Shown here: one piece after another, positions 1 through 13,300 of the stretch
Layout: every line of letters starts with the position of its first letter
Numbering within the stretch: the stretch's first letter is position 1
Source: Haliotis rufescens
Lineage: Eukaryota
Length of the DNA stretch: 64,000 bases
NCBI RefSeq assembly: GCF_023055435.1
Contig: NW_025963780.1
Coordinates: forward strand, 31,310,001 to 31,374,000
Reading direction: 5' to 3'
The notes under the pieces: model-generated
Told to the model about the DNA's origin: nothing
The model's database searches: none
What the model saw: the letters and a program-made list of their open reading frames with translations, nothing else
Translations under genes and position numbers: made by a program

Positions 1-88
1 ATAACACATTGTACCCATTGAGGAATCGAACCCGGGTCTTCAGCGTGATGAGCGAACGCTTTAACCACCAGGCTACCCCACCGCCCCC
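1..88 (-). mobile_element. SINE family 1 (tRNA-Asp-like head), partial
   Basis: Matches the head of the 48794-48964 copy. Confidence 0.8.
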
Positions 89-338
89 AGCTATACTGAA
101 CAAAACAAAGTTAGGGATCATGAAATATGTTTACCGTTCAACATAATCAAATATGGTACATAGTTTCTTGAGAAGTAGGAAAACTGTGGCAACAACCGAT
201 ACTCGTGATTTTTAAACATGAACATGATGAATCAGGTTGTTAAAATCAATTCTGTATGTAAAGAGTTTAAGAACAAGAGATTTTTAATGTTAAAAATAGC
301 CAAAACTTGAGCAGATTGTCATTTCTTTATGTGGAAAC

Positions 339-759
339 TAGGGTTGGGACGAGTCCAAATTTACTACCCCTGTACCAATCCTCCTATTACCCGACCCTAT
401 CAGAGTACCCGCTGTAGGTCTCAAGGGATAGGTACAAAATGTATGATTGGGAAACGTTTGACCATAGCCCTGGCAAAATGTTTTGAGATACACATATAAA
501 ACGATCTGGTCATGCATACACTGAAATTGACTGAAGCTTTATTTTTATTCAAACATATATATGTCAGAAGGAAAGTGTGCATCGTCAGAAAGAAACTCGA
601 ACATTAGTGACCTGTAGTGTAACTATAGAGTTTTAGATAGTTTTTGTCATTAAACTATATATCACATGACTAACCACAGGTCCAGGTAGTCCTATGGGTA
701 CCCTGGTCCTACTCAGTACCCACCCAACCCGGGTCCCTGAGTTACCCAGCCCAGCCCTT
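339..759. mobile_element. hAT-type MITE
   Basis: Termini tagggttggg / cccagccctt with 8-bp TSD gtggaaac (331-338, 760-767). Confidence 0.7.
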
Positions 760-1157
760 GTGGAAACAACAGCGTATTGAATGAATAACATGCTACATGT
801 ACCCCCACTTACCCTCAAGCACTTACAAACATCAGTAACAATCTTGTACGTTACATCAATACAACCTAACAAGTTAACGACCATTTACTATGTGTGAACA
901 AAGCCTCCATCCTGTCCAGTGGGATACCTTTATGCATGCCTCATGTGAGATGTCTATCTGCACCTTTTTCTCAAGCACACATAAATGTTGGAATCTGATT
1001 GGGTGAGGCCCATTCTATTATTTTCAATACACCCTGCTAACATGTAAGGTACATTTCTTGTGTTTCCCTCTTGAATTACAGAACTATTGGCATTACATTT
1101 GCAACAAGCCAACCGCAGTTACGAATTAATGATGTATGACGTTATTTTCCAAGTGAA

Positions 1158-1417
1158 GTGTGAGTGAGTGAGTTGGATTTAACGCCACTTTTAACAGAAT
1201 TCCAGTTATATCATGGCGTGGCAGCTTAATGTGGGAGGAAAGCCTGAAGTGATGCAGGTCTCAGACGTTTACCACTTTGGTGAAACCCACGAGCACGGGT
1301 ATGGTGCTGACAAACCTAGAAACCAAATCGGGGCGAACCTGGATTCGAACCCACAATCATAGGTTTGTGGCGTGCCCAAAGGACGCAACTCTGCACAGCG
1401 GATTGAGGAGCCTTAGA
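1158..1417 (-). mobile_element. SINE family 2 (tRNA-Leu/Ser-like head, V-domain-like body)
   Basis: Matches the 27659-27941 copy. Confidence 0.82.
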
Positions 1418-1705
1418 TGAAATAGATCCATGGGCGATTATCTGTTTTCTTAAATGCCTAACTGTGGTACTCTATCAAATTTGGACCAGAGCATGCATGC
1501 ATGAGACATACCTGCAATATCATTGGGTGTGCGGTAAGATAAATTTGTTGTCCACCGGTCATCAACTGGTAGCATCGATCCATGCCATTGGGATACGATG
1601 ACATGCATCAACCAAGTCATTGAGTCTCACCACCCGATCCCGTTAGTCGCCTCTTACAACGAGCATAGTCAACTCTCATGGAAAGGTGATCTTCATGGGG
1701 CACAT

Positions 1706-4523
1706 ATGAAGTAACACACTTTACGTGAAGGCATTACAGACCAAGTGAAGTGACGCCCTTTACGTGAAGGCATTACAGATGAAGAGAAGTAACTCTTTAC
1801 GTGAAGGCATTAGAGACCAAGGGAAATAACACCCTTTAAGTGAAGGCATTACAGACCAAGTGAAGTGAAGCCCTTCAAGTGAAGGCATTACAGACCAAGT
1901 GAAGTGAAGCCCTTCAAGTGAAGGCATTACAGACCAAGTGAAGTGAAGCCCTTGATGTGAAGGCAATGCAGACAAAGTGACGTGAAGCCTTTGATGTTAA
2001 GGCAATACAGACCAAGTGAAGTAACACCCTTTACGTGAAGGCATTACAGACCAAGTGAAGTGATGCCCTTGATGTGAAGGCAATACAGACCAAGTGAAGT
2101 GATGCCCTTGCTGTGAAGGCATTACAGACCAAGTGAAGTGACGCCCTTGATGTGAAGCCAATACAGACCAAGTGAAGTGATGTCCTTGGTGTGAAGGCAT
2201 TACAGATGAAGAGAAGTAACTCTTTACGTGAAGGCATTACAGACCAAGTGAAGTGATGCCCTTGATGTGAAGGCAATACAGACCAAGTGAAGTGAAGCCC
2301 TTCAAGTGAAGGCATTACAGACCAAGTGAAGTGAAGCCCTTGATGTGAAGGCAATACAGACCAAGTGAAGTGAAGCCCTTCATGTGAAGGAAATACAGAC
2401 CAAGTGAAGTGACACCCTTGATGTGAAGGCAATACAGACCAAGTGAAGTGATGCCCTTGATGTGAAGGCATTACAGACCAAGTGAAGTGATGTCTTTGAT
2501 GTGAAGGCAATACAGACCAAGTAAAGTGATGCCCTTGATGTGAAGGCAATACAATACAGACCAAGTGAAGTGATGCCCTTCAAGTGAAGGCAATACAGAC
2601 CAAGTGAAGTAACACCCTTGATGTGAAGGCAATACAGACAAAGTGAAGTGAAGCCCTTGATGTTAAGGCAATACAGACCAAGTGAAGTAACACCCTTGAT
2701 GTGAAGGCAATACAGACAAAGTGAAGTGAAGCCCTTGATGTTAAGGCAATACAGACCAAGTGAAGTAACACCCTTTACGTGAAGGCATTACAGACCAAGT
2801 GAAGTAACACCCTTGATGTGAAGGCAATACAGACCAAGTGAGGTGATGCCCTTTCCATGAAGGCATTACAGACCAAGTGAAGTAATGCCCTTGATGTGAA
2901 GGCAATACAGACCAAGTGAAGTGATGCCCTTGATGTGAAGGCATCACAGACCAGGTGAAGTGATGTCCTTGATGTGAAGGCAATACAGACAAAAGTTAAG
3001 TAACACCCTTGATGTGAAGGCAATACAGACCACGTGAAGTGACGCCCTTCATGTGAAGGCAATACAGACCAAGTGAAGTGATGCCCTTGGTGTGAAGGCA
3101 ATACAGACCAAGTGAAGTGATGCCCTTGATGTGAAGGCAATACAGACCAAGTGAAGTGACGCCCTTGATGTGAATACAATACAGACCAAGTGAGGTGAAG
3201 CCCTTGATGTGAAGGCAATACAGACCAAGTGAAGTGACGCCCTTGATGTGAAGGCATTACAGATGAAGAGAAGTAACTCTTTACGTGAAGGCAATACAGA
3301 CCAAGTGAAGTGATGCCCTTGATGTGAAGGCAATACAGACCATGTGAAGTGATGCCCTAGATGTGAAGGCAATACAGACCAAGTGAAGTGACGCCCTTGA
3401 TGTGAAGGCATTACAGATGAAGAGAAGTAACTCTTTACGTGAAGGCAATACAGACCAAGTGAAGTGATGCCCTTGATGTGAAGGCAATACAGACCAAGTG
3501 AAGTGATGCCCTTGGTGTGAAGACAATACAGAGCAAGTGAAGTGAACCCTTGATGTGAAGGCAATACAGACCAAGTGAAGTGACGCCCTTGATGTGAAGG
3601 CATTACAGATGAAGAGAAGTAACTCTTTACGTGAAGGCAATACAGACCAAGTGAAGTGATGCCCTTGATGTGAAGGCAATACAGACCATGTGAAGTGATG
3701 CCCTAGATGTGAAGGCAATACAGACCAAGTGAAGTGACGCCCTTGATGTGAAGGCATTACAGATGAAGAGAAGTAACTCTTTACGTGAAGGCAATACAGA
3801 CCAAGTGAAGTGATGCCCTTGATGTGAAGGCAATACAGACCATGTGAAGTGATGCCCTAGATGTGAAGGCAATACAGACCAAGTGAAGTGATGCCCTTGA
3901 TGTGAAGGCATTACAGACCAAGTGAAGTGATGCCCTTGATGTGAAGGCAATACAGACCAAGTGAAGTGATGCCCTTGATGTGAAGGCAATACAGACCAAG
4001 TGAAGTGATGCCCTTGATGTGAAGGCAATACAGACCAAGTGAAGTGATGCCCTTGATGTGAAGGCATTACAGACCAAGTGAAGTGATGCCCTTGATGTGA
4101 AGGCATTACAGACCAAGTGAAGTGATGCCCTTGATGTGAAGGCAATACAGACCAAGTGAAGTGACACCCTTGATGTGAAGGCAATACAGACCAAGTGAAG
4201 TGAAGCCCTTGATGTGAAGGCAATACAGACCAAGTGAAGTAACATCCTTGATGTGAAGGCAATGCAGACAAAGTGACGTGAAGCCTTTGATGTTAAGGCA
4301 ATACAGACCAAGTGAAGTAACACCCTTTACGTGAAGGCATTACAGACCAAGTGAAGTGACGCCCTTGATGTGAATACAATACAGACCAAGTGAGGTGAAG
4401 CCCTTGATGTGAAGGCAATACAGACCAAGTGAAGTGACGCCCTTGATGTGAAGGAAATACAGACCAAGTGAGGTGAAGCCCTTGATGTGAAGGAAATACA
4501 GACCAAGTGAAGTGAGCCCTTGA
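1706..4523. repeat. 39-bp minisatellite (about 70 copies)
   Basis: Unit tgtgaaggcaatacagaccaagtgaagtgatgcccttga with recurring variant units. Confidence 0.95.
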
Positions 4524-4638
4524 TCTGATGCCAGATGTGAAGTTCTTGGATTAAAAGCCAATAATGACAAAGTAGTCACGTCAAAAACGACTAATATTGC
4601 AATACTGATTCACAAACACTTGTTAATAACAAAAGAAG

Positions 4639-4644
4639 TTTATT
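4639..4644 (-). terminator. Candidate polyadenylation signal for progranulin
   Basis: AATAAA on the minus strand about 2.5 kb past the stop, just before the 39-bp array; no transcript evidence. Confidence 0.3.
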
Positions 4645-5335
4645 TTCACACATCTCATACAAGACATTTAAAATATGGATATATTTACAAAAACATCCAC
4701 AAGCAGCAGGCCTCTGTATGTGGCTACCTGTCTATTTATCTAAATATGTATCAATGCACTATGACAATTACAGGAAGAAGATACTTACAGATTATGAATG
4801 GATTTGTATAAAACACCTCGTGTTGTTCTATCCTATTAAACAACTGGCATGTTACCAAAGAACAGAGCTGGAGGAGGAATGCCAAAACAGCACTTAAAGT
4901 AACATGTACATATGACTAAAATACAACAATAATATCATTTGCAAAAATGTATTCAATGTTTGCAATGCACGTAAAAGCCAGTCCCAGAAGTATCTTTGCT
5001 GAGTGGTACGATACATGGAGGTTCAAGGTGTACCTCAAGGTGTACCTCAAGGTGTACCATCATGCACCTCATTTATCCTGCACATCCTATCATAACACAT
5101 GAAAAAGAATCATCATTGTGAATTACATATATTTCTCATTGCTGACTATTTCTATGTGGGCCTTTGATGTAGCTTGTGTCAGTCAGGGAAAAGAATGTCT
5201 TACAGTTTGCGAAAACTTTGAAAATTGTGAAGATGCTAGTAAAAATAAATAAGTAATGCAAGCGAACAACCATCCTGGATATCTGACGAAACAGTTTCCA
5301 TTGGGTGCAAAAGGCAAAGGACCACTGAAAGTAAG

Positions 5336-5494
5336 GGAGTGAGTATGGTTTTACGCCGCTTTTAGCAATACTCCAGCAATATCACGGCGGGGACACCAGA
5401 AATGGGCTTCACACATTGTACCCATGTTGGGAATCGAACCCGGGTCTTTGGCGTGATGAGCGAACGCTTTAACCACTTGGCTACCCGACCGCCC
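5336..5494 (-). mobile_element. SINE family 1
   Basis: A/B boxes (tagccaagtggtt / ggttcgattccc), (ACTC)n tail, TSD ctgaaagtaag. Confidence 0.9.
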
Positions 5495-5629
5495 CTGAAA
5501 GTAAGTGATGACACTAGATGTTCGTGAAAAGGGTAAGCACGTCCTGCCCTTCCAGTGATGTCATGCAGTCTGTACAGGACTACAAGCCAACTTGTGTAGG
5601 TTTATAGATAACGGCATCTGGCCATTGTA

Positions 5630-5797
5630 GTGAGTGAGTGAGCGAGCTTGGTTTTACGCCGCTTTTAGCAATACTCCAGCAATATCACAGCGGGGAGACC
5701 AGAAATGGGCTTCACACATTGTACCCATGTTGGGAATCGAACCCCGGTCTTTGGCGTGACGAGCAAACGCTTTATCCACTAGGCTACCCGACCGCCC
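5630..5797 (-). mobile_element. SINE family 1
   Basis: TSD tctggccattgta. Confidence 0.9.
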
Positions 5798-5820
5798 TCT
5801 GGCCATTGTAATCATAATGA

Positions 5821-5982
5821 GTCAGTGAGTATGGTTTTACGCCACTTTTTGCAATATTCCAGCAATATCACGGTGGGGGACACCAGAAATGGGCTTTACA
5901 CATTGTACCCATGTGGGGAATCGAACCCGGGTCTTCAGCGTGACGAGCGAAAGTTTTAACCACTTGGCTACCCCACCGCCCA
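5821..5982 (-). mobile_element. SINE family 1
   Basis: TSD taatcataatga. Confidence 0.9.
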
Positions 5983-6059
5983 TAATCATAATGAAATTGC
6001 TTACATTACAAACACTACACATGATATTCTGATCACATGATGTATCACAGATGGGGAAG

Positions 6060-6212
6060 AGTGAGTGAGTGAGTGAGGTTTTGATCTGCTCTTAATATTT
6101 GGGCAATATCACGGCAGAGGGCACAATAAATGGTCTTCACACAGTGTACCAATTTTGGGAATAGAACCAAGGCCTGGCCAAATCTTGGCAACAAGGCTAC
6201 GCCTCTACCCTT
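6060..6212 (-). mobile_element. SINE family 1, old degenerate copy
   Basis: (GAGT)n followed by a diverged body gcaatatcacggc...cttcacacagtgtacc. Confidence 0.6.
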
Positions 6213-7145
6213 TGGGGAAAAAAGACTTGACATATATACTGACAATACAAACTACCAGTACTATCATTAAATTAGGTTTTTACTTGTGTGGTTTAAAGTT
6301 TGAGGTATGTCATTGATGTGAGAACCCCGCGACACAGAAATGTGCTTCCCATCCGCAAAAATGTATAGAATGGACAATTAACAATAAATATTGTGTCCCG
6401 GGGGATGCACAAAAATATTCAATGTACTAAAACATAAAAATCCTGTAACTGAAGTCATCAATAAATCTTACAGTACAGTATGCTACACCATTTCATTACT
6501 TTACAGGACTTTCATATTTCCCGTAAGGACTAGGGATGGTATTGGAGGTTTAAAGTGCATCACAATATTTTGCAATGCACAAGGCCGTATTGCGATACGT
6601 ATCACGATATATTGTATAATTCAAAATTTTTAATTCAGAAGCAATCTGATACATTAAGGTATGAACTGAAGATTATAAATGGAGCAAAACAAGATGCTGG
6701 TACAACATAAAGTTTACTCATTCAAAAAATATGCAGATATACCGGTAATACCTCACACCCTTAGAGAACCCTTGTAGTTAGTAACTGTGGGTCCTCTGGA
6801 CCACTAGTTTTGTAGGTCAAGGTAAAACCCTGAAAAAATATTTAACAAATCTTCTAATCTACAGTAAAATCAAATGAAATATAGTGAGGTCAACAATATC
6901 TGGTTGCTGGGCAACAGCCAATCACATCATGTGACATAGAGCCTTGAATTGACACAAATCAGCAAGGGTGAGTGAACTCTGACCCTTCGCTATCATTTTC
7001 AACATATGCATTGTTAAAAGACAAATAATATGTGATGAATGAACCTCATTTGGTTACAAAATGAATCTTACATAGTTATGGACAACCAGTCAAAGTGACC
7101 TATAGCTGGAATCCAAATCGCCAGTCATTTGGAAATTTTGTCCAT

Positions 7146-7313
7146 CTATGGTTGATGTCCAATGCTCATCTGAATGACTGTCATCTTCTGACTAGCTGGA
7201 CGTTTGTTGAGCCAGGGAACAGACACACCCCCTGCTTTATTACATTTGCCATGTGGCATGTCACATGTGGTCCCATTTGGACAGCAGTGGGCGCCATCGG
7301 AGCAGCACACAGC
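7146..7313 (-). CDS. GRN: Progranulin terminal coding exon
   Basis: cag|AVCCSDGAHCCPNGTTCDMPHGKC...PASQKMTVIQMSIGHQP*; TAG at 7146-7148. Confidence 0.88.
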   Translation of the reverse strand, partial: AVCCSDGAHCCPNGTTCDMPHGKCNKAGGVSVPWLNKRPASQKMTVIQMSIGHQP

Positions 7314-10300
7314 CTGGGGAAGGGAAGCATTCAATTAGGACTCGCTTGTCTCAGGTTGATTTGATACCAGATGACTGGCGAGTGAGTGAGTGAGTGAATC
7401 ATAATGATAAATTTAACGCAAGCAATTATGCAGCTATTCAAAAGCCAACATTTGTAATGAACTGAGTTCACTGTGTGCTTGATGTGAGTTAAGCATTCAA
7501 ATCTGGAAATGGACATACACATGTACAGACAAGTACATAGAGCAAAACGTCAAGCTGAAGTATAATCATCCAAATGTCTTTTTTAGCCTGCATCCAGTTT
7601 ACATCATGAGAACCGGCCCCAAATCTATGGTTACATATACAGTACTGTACAAGTAGATTTCTAGTAATATTCCTTTCCTTAAATGAAATATGCATGCATA
7701 TCAATTTCCTGCAAGATATGTCCATGCTCAGATGAAGTGAGATACATCTCAATATGTCTGCAGCCTCCAGTGAGAGGCATCCATGCTCAGACCAAGTGAG
7801 AGGCATCCATGCTCAGGTCAAGTGAGAGACATCCATGCTCAGGTCAAGTGAGAGACATCTCAATATGTCTGTGGCTTCCAGTGAGAGGCATCCTTGCTCG
7901 GGTCAAGTGAGATACATCTCAATATGTCTGTAGCTTCAAGTGAGAGGCATTCATGCTGAGATCAAGTGAGAGGCATCCATGCTCAGACCAAGTGAGAGGC
8001 ATCCATGCTCAGACCAAGTGAGAGGCATCCATGCTCAGACCAAGTGAGAGACATCTCAATATGTCTGTGGCTTCCAGTGAGAGGCATCCTTGCTCGGGTC
8101 AAGTGAGATACATCTCAATATGTCTGTAGCTTCAAGTGAGAGGCATTCATGCTGAGATCAAGTGAGAGGCATCCATGCTCAGACCAAGTGAGAGGCATTC
8201 ATGCTCAGACCAAGTGAGAGGCATCCATGCTCAGACCAAGTGAGAGGCATTCATGCTCAGACCAAGTGAGAGGCATCCATGCTCAGACCAAGTGAGAGGC
8301 ATCCATGCTCAGGTCAAGTGAGATATATCTCAATATGTCTGTAGCTTCAAGTGAGAGGCATTCATGCTGAGATCAAGTGAGAGGCATTCATGCTCAGACC
8401 AAGTGAGAGGCATCTCAATATGTCTGTAGCCTCCAGTGAGAGGCATCCATGCTCAGGTCAAGTGAGATATATCTCAATATGTCTGTAGCCTCTAGTGAGA
8501 GGCATCCATGCTCAGGTCAAGTGAGATACATCTCAATATGTCTGTAGCCTCCAGTGAGAGGCATCCATGCTCAGGTTAAGTGAGATACATCTTAATATGT
8601 CTGTAGCCTTCAGTGAGAGGCATCCATGCTCAGGTCAAGTGAGATACATCTCGATATATCTGTAGCCTCCAGTGAGAGGCATCCATGCTCAGGTCAAGTG
8701 AGATACATCTCAATATGACTGTAGCCTCCAGTGAGAGGCATCCATGCTCAGGTCAAGTGAGATACATCTCAATATGACTGTAGCCTCCAGTGAGAGGCAT
8801 CCATGCTCAGGTCAAGTGAGAGGCATCTCTATATATCTGTAGCCTCCAGTGAGAGGCATCCATGCTCAGGTCAAGTGAGAGACATCTCAATATGTCTGTA
8901 GCCTCCAGTGAGAGGCATCCATGCTCAGATTAAGTGAGATATATCTCAATATGTCTGTAGCCTCCAGTGAGAGGCATCCATGCTCAGGTCAAGTGAGATA
9001 CATCGATAGATTTAAAGTCACTGATGTCCATCCATTTTCTAAGGTTTACCATGAGATGTGTACATACACAGACTTTGCATGCAATATGTCCATGCTCACT
9101 TATAACCTCCACTCTGTCAATATGAAATATATAACTCAACCCTAAGACTACAGTAAACTTGTAAATTAGGACCGAGTGGTCAAACAACATGCAAGGTGTG
9201 ACTGGCTTGTAATTCCATGCAGTAATCACCTGAGGGAGGGGGCAACACGCCCACTCTCCATTCACTCGTTTACAACAGGTGTTGTTTCCAGGACAGAAAT
9301 GGCTGGGGTCACACATCACATCCTTCACTTTCCTTACAGCTGGACGTTTGTTGAGCCAGGGAACAGACACACCCCCTGCTTTATTACATTTGCCATGTGG
9401 CATGTCACATGTGGTCCCATTGGGACAGCAGTGGGCGCCATCGGAGCAGCACACAGCCTGGGAAAGGGAAGAATTTACTTAGGACTCTCTTTTCTCTGGT
9501 GGATTTGATACCAGAGGACTGGCTTGAAGTGAATAATGCTGCATTTTGCATAACAGTAGCATGTGGTGTCTCCTAGAAATTGTGCACATTCTTCATAAAA
9601 AAACCAATCTCAATTCAAATTAGGCAATATTAAGCTGATTAAAAGTAATCAAGTAAAGGCAGTCAGCTCAAGACAGATCCACCATACATCAGAGTAACAT
9701 CAGAGTGAGACAACAGTCTCAAAGTGGTCGGCCATCGTACAACAGGTGCTTCTGTCAGGGTAGAAGTTCACACTGGCAGTGGTACTGCCAACACATGACA
9801 TGCTAGACACAGACACAGCCGTCAGACTAAACTGAGGCATAGGACAGCATCCCCACTGGTGGTTGGCCATCATACAGCAGGTGTCCCCGTTCACACACTC
9901 ATGTGTGGCATCACACTGGATGTCACCAACGTCCTTCCTAATGGCTGAAGTCTTCTCCATCCACGCTGTAACTACGCCCCCCTTACAACATGTTTTAGTG
10001 ACCAAGTCACAGGTATTACCCTCAGGACATCAATGGGAGTGGTCAGAACAGCATACGGCCTACCAGATAATATACATAAACATGACTTTATGTGTACATA
10101 TTTCATATTTAAATATTCCATAGCATCATGTTCATGCATATTCGCAGCCTTTTCTGTGAAATATATTTATTCATGTATTAATGCTACAAAGTGATGTGTG
10201 CATATATCTTTGGCCTCCTGTGAGATTTGATCATGCAGATACATTGCCTCCATTGGTATGTGGTCTTGGACATTCATAGCCTCTAGTGAAATATGGTAAT

Positions 10301-13300
10301 ACATGCATATGTTGGGCCTCTTGTGAAACATGTCCAATCAATACAGTTGAGTCTTCCAAATTCGAAGTGAGATATGTCCACACAAGGACAACTGTGACAT
10401 GTGCTCAGTCACAGATAAAAAGTAAGATGGGAGATATTGCCAGTGAGATATGTTTAATCCATACAGAACAGTGGGATCTTCTTACCCAATACATAGTGAG
10501 ATATGTCCACACAAGGACAACTGTGAGATGGATCATCACTAGGCATTCAGTGAGATGTGGCCATCCATAGATTTACAGTGAGATGTGTCCATACACGGAC
10601 TTTGCATGCAACATGTCCATGCTCACTTATAACCTCCACTCTGTCAATATGAAATATATAACTCAACCCTAAGACTACAGTAAACTTGTAAATTAGGACC
10701 GAGTGGTCAAACAACATGCAAGGTGTGACTGGCTTGTAATTCCATGCAGTAATCACCTGAGGGAGGGGGCAACACGCCCACTCTCCATTCACTCGTTTAC
10801 AACAGGTGTTGTTTCCAGGACAGAAATGGCTGGGGTCACACATCACATCCTTCACTTTCCTTACAGCTGGACGTTTGTTGAGCCAGGGAACAGACACACC
10901 CCCTGCTTTATTACATTTGCCATGTGGCATGTCACATGTGGTCCCATTGGGACAGCAGTGGGCGCCATCGGAGCAGCACACAGCCTGGGGAAGGGAAGCA
11001 TTCAATTAGGACTCTCTTGTCTCGGGTTGATTTGATACCAGATGACTGGCGAGTGAGTGAGTGAATCATAATGATAAATTTAACGCAAGCAATTATGCAG
11101 CTATTCAAAAGCCAACATTTGTAATGAACAGAGTTCACTGTGTGCTTGATGTGAGTTAAGCATTCAAATCTGGAAATGGACATACACATGTACAGACAAG
11201 TACATGGAGCAAAACGTCAAGCTGAAGTAAAATCATCCAAATGTCTTTTTTAGCCTGCATCCAGTTTACATCATGAGAACAGGCGCAAAATCTATGGTTA
11301 CATATACAGTACTGTACAAGTAGATTTCTAGTAATATTCCTTTCCTTAAATTTAATATGCATGCATATCAATTTCCTGCAAGATATGTCCATGCTCAGAT
11401 AAAGTGAGATACATCTCGATATGTCTGTAGCCTCCAGTGAGAGGCATCCATGCTCAGGTCAAGTGAGATACATCTCAATATGTCTGTAGCCTCCAGTGAG
11501 AGGCATCCATGCTCGGATCAAGTGAGATACATCTCAATATGTCTGTAGCCTCCAGTGAGAGGCATCCATGCTCAGGTCAAGTGAGATACATCTCAATATG
11601 TCTGTAGCCTCCAGTGAGAGGCATCCATGCTCGGATCAAATGAGAGACATTCAAATGTGTCTGTAGCCTCCAGTGAGAGGCATATATGCTCAGATCAAGT
11701 GAGATACATCTCGATATATCTGTAGCCTCCAGTGAGAGGCATCCATGCTCAGATCAAGTGAGATACATCTCAATATGTCTGTAGCCTCCAGTGAGAGGCA
11801 TCCATGCTCGGATCAAATGAGAGACATTGAAATATGACTGTAGCCTCCAGTGAGAGGCATCTATGCTCAGATCAAGTGAGATACATCTCAATATGTCTGT
11901 AGCCTCCAGTGAGAGGCATCCATGCTCGGATCAAATGAGAGACATTGAAATATGTCTGTAGCCTCCAGTGAGAGTCATCCATGCTCGGATCTAGTGAGAT
12001 ACATCGATAGATTTACAGTCACTGATGTCCATCCATTTTCTAAGGTTTACCATGAGATGTGTACATACACGGACTTTGCATGCAACATGTCCATGCTCAC
12101 TTATAACCTTCAATCTGTCAATATGAAATATATAACTCAACCCTAAGACTACACTAAACTTGTAAATTAGGACCGAGTGGTCAAACAACATGCAAGGTGT
12201 GACTGGCTTGTAATTCCATGCAGTAATCACCTGAGGGAGGGGGCAACACGCCCACTCTCCATTCACTCGTTTACAACAGGTGTTGTTTCCAGGACAGAAA
12301 TGGCTGGGGTCACACATCACATCCTTCACTTTCCTTACAGCTGGACGTTTGTTGAGCCAGGGAACAGACACACCCCCTGCTTTATTACATTTGCCATGTG
12401 GCATGTCACATGTGGTCCCATTGGGACAGCAGTGGGCGCCATCGGAGCAGCACACAGCCTGGGAAAGGGAAGCATTTACTTAGGACTCTCTTTTCTCTGG
12501 TGGATTTGATACCAGAGGACTGGCTTGAAGTGAATAATGCTGCATTTTGCATAACAGTAGCATGTGGTGTCTCCTAGAAATTGTGCACATTCTTCATAAA
12601 AAATCATCTCAATTCAAATTAGGCAATATTAAGCTGATTGAAAGTAATCAAGTAAAGGCAGTCAGCTCCAGACAGATCCACCAAACATCAGAGTAACATC
12701 AGAGTGAGACAATAGTCTCAAAGTGGTCGGCCATCGTACAACAGGTGCTTCTGTCAGGGTAGAAGTTCACACTGGCAGTGGTACTGCCAACACATGACAT
12801 GCTAGACACAGACACAGCCGTCAGACTAACCTGAGGCATAGGACAGCATCCCCACTGGTGGTTTGCCATCATACAGCAGGTGTCCCCGTTCACACACTCA
12901 TGTGTGGCATCACACTGGATGTCACCAACGTCCTTCCTAATGGCTGATGTCTTCTCCATCCACGCTGTAGCCACGCCCCCCTTATCACATGTTTTAGTGA
13001 CCAAGTCACAGGTATTACCCTCAGGACAACAATGGGAGTGGTCAGAACAGCATACGGCCTACCAGATAATATACATAAACATGACTTTATATGTACATAT
13101 TTCATATTTAAATATTCCATAGCATCATGTTCATGCATATTTGCAGCCTTTTCTGTGAAATATATTTATTCATGTATTAATGCTACAAAGTGATGTGTGC
13201 ATATATCTTTGGCCTCCTGTGAGATTTGATCATGCAGATACATTGCCTCCATTGGTATGTTGTCTTGGACATTCATAGCCTCCAGTGAAATAAGGTAATA

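Noticed and set aside
1706-4523. Regular repeats as a CRISPR array, or His-rich ORFs as proteins
   Set aside because: Units are head-to-tail with no unique spacers, there are no cas genes, and the context is eukaryotic. The ORFs are 13-aa translations of the 39-bp unit.
10030-10032. In-frame TGA at a Cys position as possible selenocysteine
   Set aside because: The same exon has lost its GT donor, all seven paralogous exons have Cys, and no SECIS element was recognised; a pseudo-exon is the simpler explanation.
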